Positions 56,584-64,000 of a stretch of DNA of 64,000 nt are shown here, piece by piece. The stretch lies in IMG/VR virus record IMGVR_UViG_2061766007_000288. The stretch is one strand, 5' to 3'. The DNA comes from an uncultured virus (IMG/VR IMGVR_UViG_2061766007_000288) (Duplodnaviria; Heunggongvirae; Uroviricota; Caudoviricetes). A program made the position numbers and the translations under genes. How positions within the stretch are numbered: the first letter of the stretch is position 1; each line of letters begins with the position of its first letter. Under the pieces are notes generated by a model. The model made no database searches, had not been told where the DNA came from, and was given only the letters and a program-made list of their open reading frames with translations.

Positions 56584-57282
56584 ATTTTATTCCTTCGTAT
56601 CTTCGAGAAGCTGCGGGAGGTCTTCCTGCATCTTCTTTGTNNNNNNNNNNCGACATATTTCAACGCCTTCTCGATTTCGTTAATGCTCGGTTCCATTCCG
56701 TACCCCCTCATCGTATAACGAGTAAAAGTTGGTTCNNNNNNNNNNTTCCTGCCCATCGAAAGCAGTACATTTCACATCATCGAATTCGCAGTCGGCCATA
56801 TTAGTCCTTCGTATCTTCGAGAAGCTGCGGGAGGTCTTCCTGCATCTTCTTTGTAAGTTTCTGGTAAGCTCGGGTCATCGAATCCTCGGAGAAACCGCGC
56901 CAGGATGTGCGGGCGGGATACACGCTCTCGTTTCCGTCATCATCTATCTCGATGACAATTACCCATCCGAAAATGTGTAAAAATGTATTTACAAAAAGAA
57001 GAAGACCGCTCTCGCGGAACTCCTTCCAGGTCTTCTTTTTCGGTGTTTTAATCAATGCCATATACAGATTTCCATTCTAATATATTGTAAATATAGCAAT
57101 ATTTTACCCCCTTTGCAACATGCGTTGTAAAATTATCACATCCAGAGGTATTTTAATCACCCAGATTACACCCTACGTGGGAGGCTCCCATGGCTCCTGT
57201 TCTGCGAGAATCATCCGGCGCCAGATGGCCCGGAGGAAGTGGGCGACTACTGCGCCGTAGATTACGTGGCGGAGGCGGGAAA

Positions 57283-58236
57283 TCATGCAGCCTCCTTCTG
57301 AATTGCAATCGGATCAATCACACCATATTCAGTCGGGTTTTCGATGGAATGTTCCAGACCCATATTTTCGCGCACATGGGATAGAATTACATCATCGTCG
57401 ATACGAGTGGCATATACGGAATACCCCATTCTACGCAATAAAAACGGAAGGTTGCAAATGATATCATGCATCTGGTTATCAACTTTATCAAAATCCTTTA
57501 CAAACGTGCTTAAAAGTGTCGGATTATAACAACCCGGTAAATAGTTATTGCATAGTGAGACATAGTTGGGGAGAGTTCCCAATCGCCAACTAATTCCGGG
57601 ACGACCTTTGAACAGATTTACTTGGAAATAATAATGCTCCGTCTCGACAACGAAATAGCACTGGGGATCATATTGTTCTGGGTCGGCAAACTTCCAATGT
57701 ATTCCCCGTTCACCATTGATACCCATCTTGGTAATGTAACCGTCATGTCTCCTGGACATGTATGGCCCACACTGCTCTCCGCCTTTCCATGTGGTGTAGG
57801 TGATGAGCTTATTGGTCTTCCTCACACCAACACCATCCTTGTGGCCCTTACATGCTTTCATCTTACCGTATTCGGAATTGATTTCATCCATCCGGGAAAT
57901 CACTTCCTCCTCGGTAACCTTGGAAAAGTCGGTAGTCTGGTATGTCAGGCAAAACGCGTTGCGCATCTGCACCATTATGCAGGGCTTGGCGCATTTTGCC
58001 AGGTAGAAGTGTGCAAGTACATGCCTGCCCTTCGAGAGAGACACAAGGTTCTCCCTGGCCATGTCAGGGGACCTGGAAGTGCGGCATTCCTTTATGCCCA
58101 GTACATCGGAGAAGTACGCCACCGGGACTATGTGGTGGACTTCCAGGTTGTCCCCGTAGTCGCACCCGGAAACTAGTTCCAGGTACTTTCGCCCATATTC
58201 GCACTGGCTGTCGATTGCTTCTTCGATGTAATTCAT
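57283..58236 (-). CDS. HNH endonuclease-domain protein
   Basis: EVHHIVP...ENLVSLSKGRHVLAHFYL. Confidence 0.7.
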   Translation of the reverse strand: MNYIEEAIDSQCEYGRKYLELVSGCDYGDNLEVHHIVPVAYFSDVLGIKECRTSRSPDMARENLVSLSKGRHVLAHFYLAKCAKPCIMVQMRNAFCLTYQTTDFSKVTEEEVISRMDEINSEYGKMKACKGHKDGVGVRKTNKLITYTTWKGGEQCGPYMSRRHDGYITKMGINGERGIHWKFADPEQYDPQCYFVVETEHYYFQVNLFKGRPGISWRLGTLPNYVSLCNNYLPGCYNPTLLSTFVKDFDKVDNQMHDIICNLPFLLRRMGYSVYATRIDDDVILSHVRENMGLEHSIENPTEYGVIDPIAIQKEAA

Positions 58237-58299
58237 TCTTCACCCATTTGTTTTCCAAAATGTAGCAAATGTCACACCGAGTGGCAACCACCCGGAAAA

Positions 58300-59463
58300 T
58301 CATGAGCGATGAACCCTCCGTACATTGGCAAAAATATTCGGAAAATGTTCTATAACTCGATTTATCATATCTTTGCCCATGCCTGTACATGCAATCAGGG
58401 TTTTTTGCCATCCACATTTTGTTAAATCAACCCCCGAAGCTAATATCATGTCCCGTCGTCTGCAAAATTCAGATTCAAGAACCGCATGATTAGCACCATA
58501 TATTCCTAACGTTTCACGCTTGTTTACTGTTCCGGGTGAAGGGCGAATGAATACCTTACCGGCCAACTCAGGAAACCGTTTCACCGTAAGATTTACCTGC
58601 TTCCTGGTAAGACCGGTTTTCTTCGATACTTCACGCGCCCATCCAAACTTGTGTAAATCTATCCCAGAAGACAGAATCCGCTCTTTACGCTCGTTCCATA
58701 CGTGGTCAAAATACTCGCGATATATTTCTTTCAATCGCGCATTAACTTTCTTTTCCTCCATTTGACGTTCAGCTGCCGTTTTATATAATGGAAATGACAC
58801 ATCACCGCACTCAGTTAAAAACGCCTTTATTCGATTAACCGTATCCTCCTTATATTTTATGGCATATCCCCATTTCACCCGGAGCAATTTCCATCCATTC
58901 TGCTGAAGCAATGCCTCCTTCTTAGCATCGCTAGCCTTTCGTTCAGGCATTAAGTGGCAGTTCCCATCCATTTCAATGCAGAGCCGGCGGGTTACCCATG
59001 CGAAATCAAGAAAATACCCATAAAACGGGAGTTCAGTTACATAATCAACGCCTTCGTGTTGATTAAAGTTGTTGCGGAGCACTTCAATCAGCCACCTTTC
59101 TGGATAAGAATGACCAACTTTGTCCCTTGTGGAAAATTTCTTTGCCAACCCTAACCGATGTCGTTCTTTTTGGTGTTCCGAATGAATTCGGCGGAATTCA
59201 GGTGTCCGGCAGCAATCCATATTGAATACACGTCTATCAGGATTACGGGGACATCTCAGCTCATGATTTGCCAACCCAGGTGATGTAGTGTATAGTTGTT
59301 TGCCGCAAAATTTACATATGTAGTTATTTTTAACCACTATGCATGTATGAGATCTGCATCCCCTATGTGCTGTCTTTTTATGGTTTTCCAGTTCGCGCCT
59401 TACTGAAAAGATTTCTTTACATACTGGACATTTCCACCCATCTTTTTTGTGCTTAAATGTCAT
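58300..59463 (-). CDS. Zn-finger plus DUF559/Vsr-like endonuclease (probable free-standing homing endonuclease)
   Basis: CPVC..H...H and CKFC..H...C; YFLDFAW...IEMDGNCH...DAKKEALLQQNGWKLLRVKW; two C-terminal ILxSGxDLxKxGW repeats. Confidence 0.8.
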   Translation of the reverse strand: MTFKHKKDGWKCPVCKEIFSVRRELENHKKTAHRGCRSHTCIVVKNNYICKFCGKQLYTTSPGLANHELRCPRNPDRRVFNMDCCRTPEFRRIHSEHQKERHRLGLAKKFSTRDKVGHSYPERWLIEVLRNNFNQHEGVDYVTELPFYGYFLDFAWVTRRLCIEMDGNCHLMPERKASDAKKEALLQQNGWKLLRVKWGYAIKYKEDTVNRIKAFLTECGDVSFPLYKTAAERQMEEKKVNARLKEIYREYFDHVWNERKERILSSGIDLHKFGWAREVSKKTGLTRKQVNLTVKRFPELAGKVFIRPSPGTVNKRETLGIYGANHAVLESEFCRRRDMILASGVDLTKCGWQKTLIACTGMGKDMINRVIEHFPNIFANVRRVHRS

Positions 59464-59480
59464 ACCATACCCAATTAAGA

Positions 59481-59568
59481 TACCCCCGGTATAGCAATTT
59501 GTGGCACTCTGCATATACCAGGGGTACAAAAATGGTTTATGTTCGAACATGAGTGCCACCTAATGCTC
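59481..59568 (-). ncRNA. kissing-loop leader RNA, copy E
   Basis: GAGCAT-TAGGTGGCACTC-ATGTTC; TACCCCTGGTATA...GAGTGCCAC...TATACCGGGGGTA. Confidence 0.8.
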
Positions 59569-59619
59569 AGATAAAGTTTATAGGTTTCACCACAATTCGA
59601 AATTGGTATGATATATTCG

Positions 59620-59694
59620 AGCAGATGACGAAAGTCGAATTCGCAACCTCGGCAATGGGAATGCCGCGCTCTGAGCCAGTTGAGCTACATCTGC
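59620..59694 (-). tRNA. tRNA-Gly(CCC)
   Basis: GCAGATG/CATCTGC acceptor stem, D arm, CGGCA-TTCCCAT-TGCCG anticodon arm, TTCGA T-loop; CCA is not encoded (TCGA). Confidence 0.9.
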
Positions 59695-59695
59695 A

Positions 59696-59947
59696 TGGTG
59701 GGCCTCCGCGGTAAATCACGCCACGGTAACGGGTGGTCCAACCGGTTCCACCGTCTCCCCGGTGGAAGGGCGCCTACATGTTTTCCCTCACGTACTCGTG
59801 ATGCAGGAAGGGGAGAGGAGTTCCCTGTCCCATGAGTGCTGCATGGGCACAGCACCATTTACTGATGATTCAGGACCGCTCATCGAGAACCCGGCCATGA
59901 ACCCAGTCCCCACTCCACTGATTCTTGTGGCAGAACGGACGACTGCT
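59696..59947 (-). ncRNA. unidentified structured RNA ending in ACCA, 1 nt upstream of tRNA-Gly
   Basis: Promoter -10 at 59954-59959; several perfect hairpins; no plausible CDS. Confidence 0.55.
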
Positions 59948-59999
59948 GTCCCGAATATAGCAAATTTTCAGCCATATCGGAAGACGTTTCCGAATTTTT

Positions 60000-60806
60000 T
60001 CACTTAATGTCCACGATTGGCATGACCTTGTCGTTCGCGACGACATTCGGGAGCTTGCCATCCCAACTTTCAATCCATTTAAGATTGATATAGGCCTTTG
60101 CATTCGGGTTGGCGAGGGCTTTCATGCCGATTGCGATGGCGAGAGAATCGGCCTTTGCATTCATGACCCTGATTGTGGAGTCTGCCTGAGCAGCAATAAC
60201 CTTCTGGTCGCGCTGATATTCAACCTTCTTCTTGACATTTTCTTCGCGCTTGGCGTCCTGTTCAGCAATCTGCTTGTCCAAGATTGCCCGGTTGAACTGG
60301 GCATCGAACTTGAATTCATAAATGGTAAAACCGTCAATAACAATATGGGATTTTGCCGAATCCAGTTTAGCTCGAAGGGCGTTTTCCATGCGTAGACGGA
60401 TTTCTTCACGCTTCTGCAACATTTCTTCCGGTGCATATTGTGGTGTAACGCCGGTAATGGTTTCGCGCATTTTCGGTTGCAAAATGGTCACGACCACATC
60501 CTTGCCGTACTGGCCATACACGTCAGCCACTTTCGTTGGATCGATATGGTAGTTCACATTGACACCCACGGTCACTTCCTGCATGTCCTTGGAACCGGCA
60601 CCAACACGCATGGTTTCAAGCTGTGTCTTGACCGGAATCCTGACCACCTTTTCGGTAATCACGTTGTAGAAGTTAAGCCCCGGATCAATCGTCTCGCTCA
60701 CCTTTCCAAAGTTAAGCACGACACCGCGTTCAGTCTGGTCAATTTCTGCACATCCCGTGAACACGAAGAAGATGAGGAGTGCAAATGCTGTGATGAGTTT
60801 TTTCAT
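60000..60806 (-). CDS. SPFH/prohibitin (band 7) membrane protein
   Basis: ERGVVLNFGKV...PGLNF...SKDMQEV...IESWDGKLP; N-terminal hydrophobic segment. Confidence 0.88.
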   Translation of the reverse strand: MKKLITAFALLIFFVFTGCAEIDQTERGVVLNFGKVSETIDPGLNFYNVITEKVVRIPVKTQLETMRVGAGSKDMQEVTVGVNVNYHIDPTKVADVYGQYGKDVVVTILQPKMRETITGVTPQYAPEEMLQKREEIRLRMENALRAKLDSAKSHIVIDGFTIYEFKFDAQFNRAILDKQIAEQDAKREENVKKKVEYQRDQKVIAAQADSTIRVMNAKADSLAIAIGMKALANPNAKAYINLKWIESWDGKLPNVVANDKVMPIVDIK

Positions 60807-61286
60807 CTGGTCTGTCCTTTTTGTTGATTGTTTTTCAAAATGTAGCATTCTCGCCGGTATTCGGCAACCTAGTCTCGGCTGCATGCCTTCAGTTGTTCAA
60901 GGTAAAACTGGTGGTCGTCGGACAATTCGCACTGGTCCAGATAAGACTGCTTAACACTTGTTTTCCCGACAAACATGGTGTACAGTTCGTACGCAAACCG
61001 AAAACGGCTCTTCTGGTTAGTGCCTACCCCGCCTTCGCGAAGTACGCCTTTACGGTCCTTCTTCACCGCGTCCTTCATGATCCATTTCAGTTCCCTGGCC
61101 AGTTTCTTCTTGTCGCTACCCATAAGGTATCTTGCCGCCTGCTCAAACTGACCGGAACACAGCAGCTTGCTGAAATCACCGGTAATCTGGCATTTCGGAT
61201 CGCGGGTGACTAGTAGTTCGAGCACTACACCCAGCCCGAACAGTACGATTGCGATAATGGTAATGTATTCGTTCATATGTTTTCCT

Positions 61287-61649
61287 TTAATGGTGGCTTA
61301 TGTCACCGGACATTGTGTTGATGTTACCCGACACGGAACCTTTAACGTCCACGTCGCCGGACATTGTTGTTACATTGTTTGCATTCCCACCCACATTGAT
61401 GTCGCCGCTCGATGTCGTAAGGTTACCGGAGTTGCCGGTGACCTTGATATAACCAGAACTGGTACTGGCGGACCCGACCGTTCCATCGATGGAAATGTTG
61501 ATGACCTTATCCTTGATGACCAGTTCGTTGTCACCGATGATGATTTTGTCACCGTCAATTGTGATGCTTGAACCAGGAGGGGCCTGAATTGTCCTGCCGT
61601 TTACCTGGATGCTGCTCCCGTTTACATTGCTGCAGACTATTGTTGCCAT
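61287..61649 (-). CDS. beta-strand repeat protein (DUF4097-like)
   Basis: Repeated T(T/M)SGD(I/V)xVxG. Confidence 0.65.
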   Translation of the reverse strand: MATIVCSNVNGSSIQVNGRTIQAPPGSSITIDGDKIIIGDNELVIKDKVINISIDGTVGSASTSSGYIKVTGNSGNLTTSSGDINVGGNANNVTTMSGDVDVKGSVSGNINTMSGDISHH

Positions 61650-62043
61650 GTCTATTCCTTTGTCGGCGTTCCAGCCGGCATGTGTACGATAGGTTCTTCA
61701 AAAGCGGCGATTACCACCTTGTCGAGCAGTGCGGCGAATGGAATTCCGGCCCACCTGGCGTGGTTGCGTGGGTCATTGTGAGGCTCAACTCCACCGACGA
61801 CCATGGTAGTCAAAAGTTCAATGTGCCAAATCCGCTCATTCGGCCACCTGATGTTATGTTCAACAGTAATGAGGATAGGGTCATTCAGTGAATTCTTGTC
61901 CTTCGGGTAGACCTTGATCTGGGAGGGGCAGTAGGAAACTTCCACCCCGTATTTCTCGTTGCCGAGGTCGATTGCCTGTTTGATTTCGTCCGAGGTGAAC
62001 TTGTCCTGCACGAAATCCTTGGAAAATCCCATCAAACTGTTCA

Positions 62044-62598
62044 TTAGATTTCCTCCGGGTGTTGGAATGTTACAATTACTTCCACATTGTGGTCGTATGT
62101 AGTCATGGAACGAGTTTCGAACCACCTGTTGTTAGTATCATCAATGAGTATAAACTCATCGGTTTCGGTGTTATCTATCCGTGAGGGGAAACTAGATTCA
62201 TCCATAGCTTGCTGCACGAAACACATCTGTTTATCCAAACCAAATCGTTTCATTGCACCGGGGATATGCAAATCTTCAAGTTCAACTTCATCCTTTGTAT
62301 TGACCCACTTGTGCTTGTACACGCACTCGATAGAATCATCCTTAGTCCACACACGGCCACGGTTTTCCTCCGGGATTTCCAGAGCATCGAATAACCACTT
62401 GACAATGTAGTCGCGAATTTCGGACTTGGTCTTCCATCCCCAGGTAAACAAACTTACCTTGACCGGTAATCCATGTTCATGCTCAGCAATGGTTTCTAGA
62501 GCAAATCTCGATATCCGTTTGCACTGTTCTTCCAGTAGCGTACAGCTATACAGGTCATCAATGAGCGTATTTTCGATGTCGATGAAGATTTCTGTCAT
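62044..62598 (-). CDS. HAD-like protein (degenerate motif I)
   Basis: IFIDIENTLIDD...SLFTWG...FILIDD; leaderless. Confidence 0.5.
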   Translation of the reverse strand: MTEIFIDIENTLIDDLYSCTLLEEQCKRISRFALETIAEHEHGLPVKVSLFTWGWKTKSEIRDYIVKWLFDALEIPEENRGRVWTKDDSIECVYKHKWVNTKDEVELEDLHIPGAMKRFGLDKQMCFVQQAMDESSFPSRIDNTETDEFILIDDTNNRWFETRSMTTYDHNVEVIVTFQHPEEI

Positions 62599-63332
62599 GC
62601 TCCAAATATAGCAAATGCCGGCAGGGCTGGCAACTATTCATGAGAATCTACTAGGGTAGAAATTGACGGTACCACCAGCAAATCATCCTGTTAATGATCG
62701 GCAGGCTCAACACTGCAACCAATACAAAGCATAAAAATCCTAGTGCTATGCAGAAACACCCACCTATCGAACACCGAACTATGACAACAAACGGGCATGT
62801 CATTGCAAACAGCCATACCCCAGTTATCAGGAGAATGACAATCATTGGGCATATCATTTCCCTCCATACTTCCCGCAGCATCTTCCGGTTCCATCCAAGA
62901 CACATATCTCGGTAGAATTCGGAAAGGTGGTCAATAATCTCATGTGTGTATGCTTTGGGTGTCATATCTTCCTACATGTGAGGTACATTACCTGATGGCT
63001 TTCCGGTCAGGTATCCATTGATACGACATAGGCATTGTTCAGTCCTCCACCTATCAATGTACTTATTCATCTGTTCCGTCATCGGGATGGGATGCAAGAT
63101 GTCATCCCCGTACCATCTTCCAAGCAATCGGGCCTGCAGGCACAAGGCAATCCCACGTTCCCATTCCTCCTCGGTAACATTCCACCCCTCGGGCGGCTTG
63201 TTCGGGAGCCAGAATATAGGCTCGGGGATGGACTCGTCATCCAGGTTCCTCGCCAGTCGATAACTTCTCATCTTTCTGCGCACACTGACTATCAAGTGTG
63301 GAAGCGGAATATCGGGAAATCGCTTGTGCATA

Positions 63333-64000
63333 CTACCTCCCGATTGCCTTCACGTAATCTTCGAGGATTTGGTTGTGGTGGAATGCCAGACGTGTCCTAC
63401 GGGCCACGCTCAACGGGAACCATGCAGCTTCCGCGGCATCGTCGTCACCCTTGACCGGACCAAAGGTACCACGCACATACACGCCCACGTCATACGCCCA
63501 GTGGCCAGGCACGCTCTCACGCGGATCTTCCGGGATGTACACCTTCAACTGGTGGACCTGATTGGGGTAGACGACAAGGCCAGTTTCCTCATTGAGTTCT
63601 CGGCATCCGCAATCCTCGATAGGCTCATGCGGGTTGGTAAAGCCACCGGGAAGGGCCCAGTACCCGGCAAAGGGCCAACGCTTGCGACGCACCAGGAGCA
63701 CCTGGTCCTCGCGACCGATGGCCGGCTCACCGATACCATTGATGACCACGGAGGTAACCGTGACCGAAGGCTTCGGGTAGTCGCCGGGCTTGTAGTTGGC
63801 AAGTTCCCGGTGTTCATCGGCCCAATGGTTCACCGGATTGTCCTGATGGTACAGGCCATGCCGGAAGATGTACCCGAGAACTTGCGGAGAAACAGCCGTG
63901 CCCTCGTACATGGGGTTCATGAACATGTCACTACGGACAGCGGTGGACGACACGTCGGGCACATTCACGAAGATGGGCTTGATGTCGCCACGGTCGCCGA
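63333..64000 (-). CDS. NadD-like nucleotidyltransferase C-terminus fused to Nudix (ADP-ribose pyrophosphatase-like), 5' truncated by window
   Basis: DVSSTAVR...VSPQVLGYIFRHGLY (NadD C-terminal signature), then Nudix box GGFTNPHEPIEDCGCRELNEETGL, DPR, DDAAEAAWF, LAFHH. Confidence 0.8.
   Translation of the reverse strand, partial: GDRGDIKPIFVNVPDVSSTAVRSDMFMNPMYEGTAVSPQVLGYIFRHGLYHQDNPVNHWADEHRELANYKPGDYPKPSVTVTSVVINGIGEPAIGREDQVLLVRRKRWPFAGYWALPGGFTNPHEPIEDCGCRELNEETGLVVYPNQVHQLKVYIPEDPRESVPGHWAYDVGVYVRGTFGPVKGDDDAAEAAWFPLSVARRTRLAFHHNQILEDYVKAIGR

Noticed and set aside
57120..57282. Possible HDV-like ribozyme (CCTCCCACGTAGG resembles P3/L3)
   Set aside because: I could not find a convincing P1 or P2 partner or the catalytic junction by eye.
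1..64000. Stop-codon recoding or a diversity-generating retroelement
   Set aside because: Recognisable genes are full length in the standard code with TAG, TGA and TAA all used as stops. No reverse transcriptase or adenine-specific TR/VR pair was seen.

Overview
This window is a gapped scaffold from a large, T4-like/jumbo dsDNA phage. It is densely packed with small orphan genes and includes Dda helicase, an amidase, Pth2, an SPFH protein, tRNA-Gly(CCC), NAD-salvage genes (PncB and a NadD-like/Nudix fusion), glycosylation genes (three GT-A paralogs, a TupA-like ATP-grasp protein, Glf) and many selfish nucleases (IscB with omega-RNA, an IS200/605 TnpB, IS607-like TnpBs, and GIY-YIG, HNH and DUF559 endonucleases). 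N-gaps often fall inside multi-copy mobile elements, so contig order and orientation are unreliable and ORFs crossing gaps are chimeric. Two promoter classes recur: TTGCC(A/G)-N17-TA(C/T)ATT, usually with ATG 6-7 nt downstream (leaderless mRNAs), and TATAAACT (putative late). The top finding is a covarying two-hairpin kissing-loop RNA leader, present five times directly behind a TATAAACT promoter and directly before nuclease genes (four TnpB, one DUF559). Other candidates are a deamidated-route phage NAD salvage pathway, a shared [LI]-x-E-terminated leader peptide on putative head proteins, and two unexplained structured ncRNAs. All calls were made by eye, without database searches.
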